Positions 28,365-37,200 of a stretch of 64,000 nt of DNA are shown here, piece after piece. The notes under the pieces were generated by a model, which worked only from the letters and a program-made list of their open reading frames with translations, did not search any database and was not told the origin of the DNA. Every line of letters starts with the position of its first letter. The stretch's first letter is position 1. The translations under genes were made by a program, and so were the position numbers. Source of the DNA: Sphingopyxis sp. Lineage in GTDB: Bacteria > Pseudomonadota > Alphaproteobacteria > Sphingomonadales > Sphingomonadaceae. The stretch is from the NCBI RefSeq assembly GCF_036675685.1, contig NZ_JAKFEM010000042.1, forward strand, positions 55,880 through 119,879. Direction: 5' to 3'.

Positions 28365-29060
28365 GTGCATCGAGCGATGATCCATGCCTTGCTGGCGCTT
28401 GCGCTGGTCGCCCCCCTGCCTGCACAAGCGGTGGAGAAGCCTCCAACCTCAGAGCAGACGGTGTCGCAGACGAGCGCTGCGGAAAATGACGAGGCGAGAC
28501 GATCGGAGGCCGCCACGCGCGTTGCCGATTGGATCGCCGCGTCGGGGGATAACGGCGCCCTGCCGTATATCATTATCGACAAGGCGGCCGCCTCCCTCCT
28601 TTTATTCGATGCAAAGGGGAAATTGCTTGGCGCAGCTCCGGTATTGATCGGTGTGGCCGTCGGAGACGAGGCTACTCCGGGCATTGGAACCAAGAATCTC
28701 GCCGAGATCGGCCCCGCGGAGCGGACAACGCCCGCGGGGCGCTTCCTCGCGAAATTCGGAATGGCGGCTGGCAGGCAGAAGGTGCTCTGGGTCGATTATG
28801 CCACGTCCGTGGCGCTCCACCCGATCCCGAAGGGCAACCAGAAGGAACGGCGCCGCCAGCGCATGTTGTCACCGGCGATAGACGACAATCGCATCACATT
28901 TGGCTGCATCAACGTGCCTATGGCGCTTTACAACAAGAGCGTCCGTCCACTTTTCCAGAAGAAAGGCGGATATGTCTATGTGTTGCCCGACACCAAGCCG
29001 CTTGACGTCGTTTTCCCGCGTTTACGCGCGCAGCCTTTCCCGAACGCTGCCGCTTCCTGA
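28365..29060 (+). CDS. L,D-transpeptidase-like (YkuD-fold) protein, secreted
   Basis: It has a signal peptide ending ...APLPAQA. The C-terminal region VALHPIP...NRITFGCINVP resembles the His...(S/T)xGC(I/V) catalytic motif of YkuD domains. The assignment is by motif only. Confidence 0.55.
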   Translation: MHRAMIHALLALALVAPLPAQAVEKPPTSEQTVSQTSAAENDEARRSEAATRVADWIAASGDNGALPYIIIDKAAASLLLFDAKGKLLGAAPVLIGVAVGDEATPGIGTKNLAEIGPAERTTPAGRFLAKFGMAAGRQKVLWVDYATSVALHPIPKGNQKERRRQRMLSPAIDDNRITFGCINVPMALYNKSVRPLFQKKGGYVYVLPDTKPLDVVFPRLRAQPFPNAAAS

Positions 29061-29158
29061 CAGGGCCGCCTGAGCCATGAAATGCCGTTCTCGAACCTGC
29101 GATATGGTTTCGGGCGAAAGAATTCCTATATCTCCGTGGCACATATGGGGAATGGAGC

Positions 29159-29725
29159 ATGGTCGGCAAAAACCATTATCAGCTTTTCGAAACCGCGGCT
29201 GGTGTTGCCGCGATCGGCTGGAACGGCACCGGCATCACAGGTCTGGGCCTGCCGGCGCCGACCGCGTATGAAGCAGAGCGCGCCATATCGCGCCGCCTGG
29301 CTGGCGCGGTGCGTGCGCAACCGCCGGCTGATGTTCAGGCGGTCATCGACGCGGCCATATGCTATTTCGCGGGAGAGCGCGTCGACTTCTCGGCGGTGTC
29401 GATCGATCTGGGCGAGCAGGATCCCTTCTTCGCACGGGTTTACGATCAGGTGCGCCAGCTCGGTTGGGGCGAGACAACCACCTACGGCGCGATCGCGCAC
29501 ATGCTCGGGGCCGGGCCTGAATCTGCGCGCGACGTCGGGCAGGCCATGGCGACGAATCCGATCCCGCTGATCATCCCTTGCCATCGCGTCACTGCCGCTG
29601 GCGGCAAGATTGGCGGCTTTTCTGCGCCGGGGGGTGCCGCGTCGAAGGCGCGGATGCTCGAGCTCGAAGGCGTGGCGGCCGGCGCGCCCGCCCGGAACCA
29701 GGCGCAGCAAGGGTTCGACTTCTAG
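29159..29725 (+). CDS. ogt: Methylated-DNA--protein-cysteine methyltransferase (Ogt/MGMT)
   Basis: GGAG ribosome-binding site. The active-site PCHRV motif is present (IPLIIPCHRVTAAGGKIGGF), along with TTYGAIA. Confidence 0.85.
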   Translation: MVGKNHYQLFETAAGVAAIGWNGTGITGLGLPAPTAYEAERAISRRLAGAVRAQPPADVQAVIDAAICYFAGERVDFSAVSIDLGEQDPFFARVYDQVRQLGWGETTTYGAIAHMLGAGPESARDVGQAMATNPIPLIIPCHRVTAAGGKIGGFSAPGGAASKARMLELEGVAAGAPARNQAQQGFDF

Positions 29726-29749
29726 GTAGTTCATCCGCCGACCTGCCTG

Positions 29750-30184
29750 TCAGTCGGCTTGCGCCTCGACGGGTTTGGCAATGCCGGCCGGGACTGCCGG
29801 ATCGGCTTTGACGGACGGCTTCGGTATCGGTCGGGAAATGATGGCCACAAATCACGCGGCTCAGTGCATATCCTCTGCCTCGGCATGATCGCGTACGCGA
29901 CGAGGAAAAAGGACAGCGGCGCCCGGGGTCCAGCCGGTCTTTAGCGGGTTCCATACGACGCCGCCATGTTCTGTGAAACTATAGGCATGAGCCTCTAGAT
30001 GCACGACCAGATGCGAGGGACACCAAAATATTCGGCTGCTTCCGGCGATGGCTTCGCCCCTCACCGAGCCGAACATTCGGGACCGCGTGAAATCCAGCGA
30101 AGGCAGCTCGAATTGAGCCGCAGGGCATCCAGACAGGCTTTCACGACGAACGGCTCGTCGCATGGCGGGCTTTGCGCGAAGCAT
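29750..30184 (-). pseudogene. Frameshifted remnant of a class A (PAP2/PhoN-type) acid phosphatase
   Basis: Minus-strand frame B reads RGYALSRVICGHHFPTDTEAV (29826-29861 encode SRVICGHHFPTD). This matches the PhoN-type C3 motif RGYxLGQSRVICGYHWQSDV. The preceding helix FLVAYAIMPRQR (cf. ALVLAEINPQRQ) is in a second frame. The region before it (SFTEHGG..GWTPGAAVLF) is in a third frame that ends at stop 29861. At least two frameshifts are needed. Confidence 0.5.
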
Positions 30185-30270
30185 TTGTTAACCGGGCTCA
30201 ATCAGGATCGTGAAGTTGCAAGAAGCGAGGGGGCACAATCGCGGCGTTGGCCGTGCGACTGGAGAGTCGA

Positions 30271-30558
30271 GTGCTTGAGAATCAGAAATTTCGCCGGGCA
30301 CCGGTAACGGGCCCCATGGGCGAGGATTTGACGCTGGGTAGCCTGCCACCGGCAGGCACGACGCGTTGGGTGAGCCGCCGCAAGGCGCAGGTCGTCGCGG
30401 CGGTCGACGGCGGTCTGCTGACCCCCGATGAAGCCTGCCGGCGATACCGTATGAGCCATGAGGAACTGGCGACCTGGCAGCGTCTGTTTGAACGGGTCGG
30501 GGTGCCGGGATTGCGGGTCACGCGCATCCAGCACTACCGTGAACGGTTCATGGACTGA
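30271..30558 (+). CDS. DUF1153 / SciP-like small HTH protein
   Basis: LTLGSLPPAGTTRWVSRRKAQVVAAVDGGLLTPDEACRRYRMSHEELATWQRLFERVGVPGLRVTRIQHYRE matches my recollection of alphaproteobacterial SciP/DUF1153 proteins. GTG 30271 follows GGAGAG; the alternatives are TTG 30247 and ATG 30316. Confidence 0.75.
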   Translation: MLENQKFRRAPVTGPMGEDLTLGSLPPAGTTRWVSRRKAQVVAAVDGGLLTPDEACRRYRMSHEELATWQRLFERVGVPGLRVTRIQHYRERFMD

Positions 30559-30752
30559 AATCGGCCCCGCGCCTCTTCACACTGAATAGCGGAATCGATT
30601 TTTGGATGACGCGAGCAGCTGGCTTCTGCTCGCGTCGCCCCCTTATGCCGTCCGGCGTATCCTCGTCACGGGTGGTCCGATCAGGACTCCTGAAGCCGCC
30701 TCAGTGCTTCTAACCGGTTAAACGGGGCGGCTGAGGATGCAGGAGTGCCAAT

Positions 30753-31292
30753 GTGAACGCCGTTTCGACGCCCGATGGCGGCCGCCCTATCGCCCACGAC
30801 TTCCCACGGAACGAGGTTGCGGTCACGCCGGGCGATGCGGCGCTGGGCCTTCAGCTTTGCCGCGCCAGCATCATGTCGCTGATGCGGCTGCAGCTTGCGT
30901 TCGAGCGCCGCGACCGAATGGGTGCCATGGAAGCGATCGACCGCCTTCATGCGCTCGATACCGAAGTCGAGCGGATCATGGCCGATCTGCCCGGCGGGGA
31001 GGATGATCCGCGGCGACATGTGGTCAATCGAATCCTTCGCGAGGAGAAGATGGCGGTAGCGTTCGAGAAACTTGCTCTTGCAAGCGGCACCGACGGGCCG
31101 GACTTGGCCTCGCCGCCGCCCTTTTCGGGGCAATGGGGTAATCCACCGGGTGACGTCGGCGGCCTCGATCTCAAGATCGGCCCGCCGACCGGCGCGCGGC
31201 TGTTTTCGGCAGCCCGCGCTTACGGCCCACGCGCGGCCTTGCTGCTGGTTATCGCAGCAGGAACGGTGGCCATTGCGATGATGGCATTATGA
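30753..31292 (+). CDS. Hypothetical protein with a C-terminal transmembrane anchor
   Basis: GTG 30753 lies 6 nt after AGGAGT. 179 aa. It has a helical central part, a Pro/Gly-rich linker and a terminal hydrophobic helix (AALLLVIAAGTVAIAMMAL). I recognise no family. Confidence 0.5.
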   Translation: MNAVSTPDGGRPIAHDFPRNEVAVTPGDAALGLQLCRASIMSLMRLQLAFERRDRMGAMEAIDRLHALDTEVERIMADLPGGEDDPRRHVVNRILREEKMAVAFEKLALASGTDGPDLASPPPFSGQWGNPPGDVGGLDLKIGPPTGARLFSAARAYGPRAALLLVIAAGTVAIAMMAL

Positions 31293-31365
31293 TCACGATA
31301 GGGCTCGCAAGTATATTTGCAGGCGGTGGCAGGGGGTGCGGGATAGACGCGTCTTCATTCGGGCC

Positions 31366-31396
31366 TTGACCCTGTACCTGCTACAGGGTGCAAAGC
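31366..31396 (+). promoter_or_regulatory. MerR-family (CadR/ZntR/PbrR-type) operator-promoter: TTGACC followed by the dyad ACCCTGTA-N5-TACAGGGT
   Basis: The sequence CTTGACCCTGTACCTGCTACAGGGTGCAAAGC has a -35 TTGACC at 31366-31371. A perfect 8-5-8 inverted repeat at 31369-31389 fills a 19-bp spacer. The -10 candidate CAAAGC (31391-31396) is weak. The architecture mirrors E. coli PcopA CTTGACCTTCCCCTTGCTGGAAGGTTTAACCT. Confidence 0.6.
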
Positions 31397-31429
31397 GTGG
31401 TCCGACCCGACTCGGTTCGGGAAGGAAAG

Positions 31430-31846
31430 ATGATGCGAGGCCTGCGGCGCGCGAGCGCGGTACGAGCGACAAGATTGCCGCCCAACGGGGTTCATGATAG
31501 GCGCCGCGCCATGTCGGCTTTTCTCGCCCGTCTCATTCTTGCCGTCTCGCTGCTGTTCGGCAGCGTGATGGTGCCGGCTATGGCGGGCGAAGAAGCCGGG
31601 CATTCGATGGAAATCGTCGATGCCGACTGCGACATTCTCGGCGCTTCGGGCGATGCGGATGAAAAATCGCCGGACGGCGCGCCGGCGCTGCATATCGATC
31701 ATCATCATTGCTCGGCGTGCGCCGAGCTGAACGGCCGCGTACAGGCGACCGGCATGCCCGGTTCAAACGGCTTGTTCTTCCGCGGACCTGCGACCGTCCT
31801 CGCTTCCCACGCAACGGCGCCGCCCACACAGCCTCCCGCCGCCTGA
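31430..31846 (+). CDS. Small secreted His/Cys-rich protein, first gene of the czc-type operon
   Basis: ATG 31430 follows GAAGGAAAG, about 35 nt downstream of the MerR-type promoter; ATG 31511 is the alternative. It has a hydrophobic signal-like segment (FLARLILAVSLLFGSVMVPAMAG), an acidic stretch and the motif HIDHHHCSAC. Confidence 0.6.
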   Translation: MMRGLRRASAVRATRLPPNGVHDRRRAMSAFLARLILAVSLLFGSVMVPAMAGEEAGHSMEIVDADCDILGASGDADEKSPDGAPALHIDHHHCSACAELNGRVQATGMPGSNGLFFRGPATVLASHATAPPTQPPAA

Positions 31847-31901
31847 TCACTGCTTCGCGCAGGCATTTGCCTGCGTCGTCACGCATTGATCAGGAGCATT
31901 T

Positions 31902-33110
31902 ATGTTGAAATCATTGGGCGCCCTGCTGCTTGCAGGGTTGCTGACCATGGCGGGTCGCCCGGCGTATGCCGAGCCCGTCACGCTGTCCGACGCGCTGGCG
32001 CGCGGGCAGGACTTATCGCCACGCATCGCCAAGGCGCGTGCGGATGTGAAGGCGGCCGAAGGCCGCGCGATCCAGGCGGGCGTCCGGCCCAACCCGGATG
32101 TGTCGGTGGAGATCGAAAACTTCAGCGGTACCGGGCCCTATCGGACCTTTCGCCGGACCGAGACCACGGTCGCGCTGTCGCAGCAGTTCGAGCTGGGCGG
32201 CAAGCGACAAGCGCGCAAGGCGGTGGCTTCCGCCGAGGTCGAATATGCGCGGCTCGCGCTGCGGTGCGCGCAGGCCGATCTCGCTTATGAAATTGCCGTC
32301 ACGCATGCCGACCTTCGCGTGGCCGAAGACCGGTCCGCGTTGGTGCGGGGCGTTGCTGCGCGGGCGAAAGAGCTGGCGCGGATCGCCGAAACGCTGGTCG
32401 ATGTGGGCCGCGATCCGCCGCTGACCAAATTGCGCGCCGATGCGCTGCTGGCCGAAGCCAATGCCGACGATTTGCTTGCGACAGGGCGGCTGCTGTCGGC
32501 GCGGCAACGGCTGGCCCTGCTGATCGGCAGCGAGGACCCCGAGCTGTCGTCGCTGGCGCAGGAGATGCCCATGCCCGCGCGCTTGGCGGCGGATGCGCAA
32601 GGCCTGGACGAGCAGCTCGCAGCTGCCGAGCGCGAGGCGGCCTCGGCCCGCGTCCGTCTCGCGCAGGCGGAGGGCGTGCCCGACGTGACCGCCTCTGGCG
32701 GCGTACGAAACTTCCGCGAGGGTGGCGAAACGGCCTTTGTCGTCGGCGTATCCATCCTGCTGCCGTTCCATAACCGCAACCGCGGGAATATCGCGGCGGC
32801 GCAGGCATCGGGCGAGGCGGCCGAAGCACAGCTGGCGCAGGCCCGCCTCGACACGCAGTTTACGCGCCGCGATGCCGAACTGATGCTGACGGCGGCCAAC
32901 GAGCGCCTCGCCATGCTGTCGGGAGCCGGCCTCGGGCAAGCCACCGAAGCCGCGCGCGTCGCCGAGGTCGGATACCAGCAGGGCAAGTTCACGCTCATCG
33001 AGCTGATCGATGCCCAGGCGGCGCTGACCAGTGCCCATCTCAAACGCATCGAAGCCGAGTTCGATCGCGCCCGCGCGCTTGCCGCGCTGGGCCGCGCGAA
33101 TGCGCAATAA
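31902..33110 (+). CDS. czcC: Outer-membrane efflux protein, CzcC/TolC family
   Basis: CAGGAGC ribosome-binding site and a signal peptide. 402 aa with the two-repeat OEP pattern. It sits immediately upstream of adaptor and RND pump genes. Confidence 0.85.
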   Translation: MLKSLGALLLAGLLTMAGRPAYAEPVTLSDALARGQDLSPRIAKARADVKAAEGRAIQAGVRPNPDVSVEIENFSGTGPYRTFRRTETTVALSQQFELGGKRQARKAVASAEVEYARLALRCAQADLAYEIAVTHADLRVAEDRSALVRGVAARAKELARIAETLVDVGRDPPLTKLRADALLAEANADDLLATGRLLSARQRLALLIGSEDPELSSLAQEMPMPARLAADAQGLDEQLAAAEREAASARVRLAQAEGVPDVTASGGVRNFREGGETAFVVGVSILLPFHNRNRGNIAAAQASGEAAEAQLAQARLDTQFTRRDAELMLTAANERLAMLSGAGLGQATEAARVAEVGYQQGKFTLIELIDAQAALTSAHLKRIEAEFDRARALAALGRANAQ

Positions 33111-33122
33111 GGGACTGACATC

Positions 33123-34292
33123 ATGCAAATATTCGAAAACAAAAACCGCCTGATGGCCGCCGTTGCCGTCGGAGCGATCCTTCTCGGCGGCGGCATATGG
33201 ATCGGTCGCGCGATGACCACGCCTTTGGCTGCCGCACCCGCGGCAGCACCCGCCGGGGAGGAAGAGGAAGGCCATGTCGAGGGCCTGATCCCGATGGACG
33301 AGGCACGTGCGAGCGGCGCCGGCATCGTCACCGAGACGGTCGGGGCCGGAGGCCTCGGATCCGAGATATTGGCGCAAGGGGTCGTGACGTCGACGCCCGA
33401 GGGTGAGGCCGTCCTGACGGCGCGCGCCGACGGTGCGATTATCCGCATCGACCGCCGCCTCGGCGACGCGGTTCGCGCGGGTGATGCCGTCGCGGTCATC
33501 GAAAGCCGCGACGCGACCGCCATCGCATCCGAGCGGAGTGCCGCGACGGCCCGGCTGGCGCTCGCGCGGTCGACCTATTCCCGCGAGAAGAAGCTGTTCG
33601 ACGCCCGTATCACGGCCCGGCAGGACCTCGAGGCTGCTGCGGCGGCGCTCGCCGAGGCCGAGGCCGAAGCGCGTCGGTCGCAGTCGGCTGCAGCGGCCGC
33701 CAAGGTGTCGCGTGATGGCCGCACCCTCGCTGTGACGAGCCTGATTTCTGGACGGGTCACCAAATCGGATGCCAAGCTCGGATCCTATGTGCTCGCCGGG
33801 ACCGAATTGTTCCGCGTCTCCGATCCCGGCCGTATCCAGATCAACGCGTCGGTGCTCGCCGCCGATGCGCGGCGGATAAACGCCGGCGATACGGCGATCA
33901 TCGAGCTGCCCGGCGGCGAAACCGCGAACGCGACAGTCCGTTCGGCAACTCCCGGCCTCGATCCCGAAAGCAAGGCGGCGACGATCATTCTCGTGCCCGG
34001 GGGCATTGGCGGGCTGACGCCGGGACAAGGCTTGCGAGTGCGGATCAAGCCGCGCGGCAGCGCCGGTTCCCGCTTGATCGCCTTGCCCGAAGAGGCGGTA
34101 CAGACCGTCGAGGGGCGCGACGTTGTGTTCGTCAAGACCACCAGGGGCTTTCAGGCGACCACGGTGGTCACCGGCAAGCGCGGTGGCGGCCGCATCGAGA
34201 TTGTCGATGGCGTGAAATCCGGCGCGGTGATCGCGACGCGGGGTGCCTTCCTGCTCAAAGCCGAAATCGGCAAGGGCGAGGCGGAGCATTGA
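33123..34292 (+). CDS. czcB: RND periplasmic adaptor (membrane fusion protein), CzcB family
   Basis: 389 aa with an N-terminal membrane anchor. It has an HlyD/MFP-type lipoyl and beta-barrel pattern, including a coiled-coil segment (FDARITARQDLEAAAAALAEAEAEARR). Confidence 0.85.
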   Translation: MQIFENKNRLMAAVAVGAILLGGGIWIGRAMTTPLAAAPAAAPAGEEEEGHVEGLIPMDEARASGAGIVTETVGAGGLGSEILAQGVVTSTPEGEAVLTARADGAIIRIDRRLGDAVRAGDAVAVIESRDATAIASERSAATARLALARSTYSREKKLFDARITARQDLEAAAAALAEAEAEARRSQSAAAAAKVSRDGRTLAVTSLISGRVTKSDAKLGSYVLAGTELFRVSDPGRIQINASVLAADARRINAGDTAIIELPGGETANATVRSATPGLDPESKAATIILVPGGIGGLTPGQGLRVRIKPRGSAGSRLIALPEEAVQTVEGRDVVFVKTTRGFQATTVVTGKRGGGRIEIVDGVKSGAVIATRGAFLLKAEIGKGEAEH

Positions 34293-34293
34293 G

Positions 34294-37200
34294 ATGATCG
34301 AAAAACTTCTCGATGCGTCGATACGCTTTCGCTGGGCCGTGGTCCTCATCACCCTCATCGTCTCGGCCTATGGCCTGACACAATTGCTCAAGCTGCCGAT
34401 CGATGCCGTCCCCGACATCACCAACAAGCAGGTGCAGATCAACACCGTCGAACCCAATCTGGGGCCACTCGACATCGAACGCCTCGTCACCTTTCCCATC
34501 GAAACCGCGATGGCGGGAATTCCGGGGCTGCAAAGCTCGCGCTCGATTTCGCGCAACGGGTTCAGCCAGGTCACGGTGATTTTCGAGGATCGCACCGATC
34601 TCTATTTCGCGCGCCAGCAGGTCGCCGAACGGCTGGGTCAGGCCAAGGGTACCCTACCCGAAGGCGCCGAACCGCAAATGGGGCCGGTGTCGACCGGGCT
34701 TGGCGAAGTGCTGATGTACACCGTCGATTTCGATCGCAGCGCGAACAAGGCGAGTGTTGCGGGCAAGCAGGGGTTTCAGCCCGACGGCTCGTATAGGACC
34801 CCATCGGGCGAAATCCTGACCGATGACGTCGCCAAGCTCGGCTATCTGCGCTCCGTCCAGGACTGGGTGATCCGCCCGCAACTGCGGTCGGTACCGGGCG
34901 TGGCGGGCATCGATTCGATCGGCGGTTATGAAAAGCAGTTCGTCGTCCAGCCCGACGCGACCAAATTGGCGAGTTACGGCATTAGCTTTTCCGAACTCGC
35001 CGAAGCGCTGGAGCGCGCCAATATCTCGGTCGGCGCCAATTTTGTCGAACGCGGCGGCGAGGCGTTCCTCGTGCGCGCCGACGGCCGCATTCGCACGCTC
35101 GACGAGATCGGCCGCGCGGCAGTGGCGCGCCGCGGCGGTGTGCCCGTGCCGGTGCGCGATGTCGCGACGGTGCAGATCGGGGGCGAACTCAGAACCGGAT
35201 CGGCATCCGAAAATGGCAGGGAGCTCGTCGTCGGCACGGTGCTCATGCTGGCCGACGGCAACAGCCGCCTTGTCGCCTCGGCCGCGGCCGAGCGGTTGAA
35301 AGAGGTCGCGAAGTCGATGCCCCCGGGCATTGTCGTCAAGCCGGTGCTCGACCGCTCGCAGCTGGTCGACGCCACGATCGGCACGGTCGAGAAGAATCTG
35401 GCCGAGGGCGCGCTGCTCGTCGCGGCGGTGCTGTTCTGGCTGCTCGGCAATTTCCGGGCCGCGGTCATCGCCACGCTGGTGATCCCGATCTCGTTCCTGA
35501 TCATGGGGACGGGGATGAATATCACCGGCACATCGGGCAATTTGATGAGCCTCGGTGCGCTCGATTTCGGGCTGATCGTCGACGGCTCGATCATCATCAT
35601 CGAAAATTGCCTGCGAAGGCTGGCCGAACGGCAACATCGTGAAGGGCGATTGCTGACGCTGACCGAGCGATTGCACGAGGTGTTCGAGGCGTCGCGTGAA
35701 ATGGTCAAGCCGACGATCTATGGACAGGCGATCATCTTCCTCGTCTTCGTGCCGCTGCTGACCTTCACGGGGGTCGAAGGCAAGACCTTCTCGCCGATGG
35801 CGATCACCGTGTTGCTGGCGCTGGGCGGCGCGTTCATCGCATCGCTGACCTTCGTACCCGCGATGGTGGCTTTGCTGATCCGCGGCGAAGTGGCCGAAAA
35901 GGAAGTGAAGGCGGTGGCGTGGATCAAGCAGCGCTACGCGCCCGTCCTCGATCGCGTCATTGCGCGGCCGTGGCCATGGATCGGCGCGGGGGGCGGTACA
36001 TTTGCGGCCGCCGCTCTGGTCTTTACCATGCTCGGCAGCGAGTTCATTCCGGTGCTGGGGGAAGGCAATCTCGCTATGCAGGCGCTGCGCATCCCCTCGA
36101 CCTCGCTTGCGACGTCGCAGGCGATGCAGCTCAAGGTCGAGAAGGCGGTGTCTTCGCTGCCCGAGGTCGCCTTCATCTATTCGAAGACGGGCACGGCCGA
36201 GGTCGCGAGCGATCCGATGCCGCCGAACGCATCGGACACCTTCATCATCCTGAAACCGCGCGACGCGTGGCCGGAGGGTGTCCGGACCAAGGATGATGTG
36301 ATCGCGCGGGTCGAGCAAAAACTCGCGCCACTGGTCGGCAATGCGTTCGAGATCAGCCAGCCGATTCAGTTGCGTTTCAACGAGCTGATCGCCGGGGTGC
36401 GCGGCGATATTGCGATCAAGCTCTATGGCGACGATCTCGATGAAATGGGCCGGGCAGCGCAAGAAGTCGCCGCGATCCTTGGGACGGTTCCGGGGGCGGC
36501 GGACGTCAAGGTCGAGCAGACGGCGGGATTTCCTGTCCTCGACGTCCAGTTCGACCGCGATGCCATCGCGCGTTATGGCCTGACGCTTCGGGATGTCAGC
36601 GATACCGTCGCGGCGGCGCTCGGCGGGCGTGAAGCGGGCGCCGTATTCGAAGGCGACCGACGATACGACATCGTCGTCAGGCTCGACGGCCGGGCGCGCG
36701 ACGATCTCGATGCCGTGGGCGCGCTGCCGGTGCTTCTACCCGGCGAGGGCGGCGCGCGCGCATCGGTGCCGCTCAGTGAGCTTGCCAGATTCAGCTTCTC
36801 GGAAGGGCTGAACCAGGTCAGCCGCGAGAACGGCAAGCGCCGTGTCGTCGTCCAGGCCAATGTTCGCGGCAACGACCTCGGCTCGTTCGTCGCCGAAGCG
36901 CAGGAGAAGGTCAAAGCGCAGGTGGAATTGCCCCCCGGCAGCTTCATCGAATGGGGCGGGCAGTTCGAGAATTTGCAAGCCGCCTCGGCCAGGTTGTCGA
37001 TTGTGATCCCGATCATCTTCGCGGCGATCTTTGGCATCCTCTTCCTGGCGCTCGGCGGCGTGCGGCAAGCGGTCGCGGTCTATTCGGCGATTCCACTGGC
37101 GCTGGCGGGCGGCGTGTTCGCGCTTCTGCTCACTGGCCTGCCTTTCTCGGTATCGGCGGCGGTCGGCTTCATCGTGTTGTCGGGCGTCACCGTGCTCAAC

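Noticed and set aside
29861-30184. A 107-aa minus-strand ORF as an intact hypothetical gene.
   Set aside because: Its C-terminal half aligns by eye with only part of a class A acid phosphatase. The rest of that enzyme's motifs lie in two other frames downstream. I therefore treat it as one fragment of a pseudogene, not as a gene.
30608-30636. A perfect 11-bp stem hairpin (GACGCGAGCAG-CTGGCTT-CTGCTCGCGTC) after the SciP-like gene, considered as an intrinsic terminator.
   Set aside because: No U-tract follows it on either strand. The T-run (ATTTTTGG) precedes the stem on the plus strand. It may still be a structural element, but I cannot support a terminator call.
31293-31708. A search for the missing MerR-family regulator next to the MerR-type operator, including minus-strand ORF 31355..31708.
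   Set aside because: The minus-strand ORF is antisense to the His/Cys-rich gene and has no MerR HTH or coiled-coil pattern. The upstream neighbour (30753-31292) is co-directional and unrelated. No MerR gene is present in this window.
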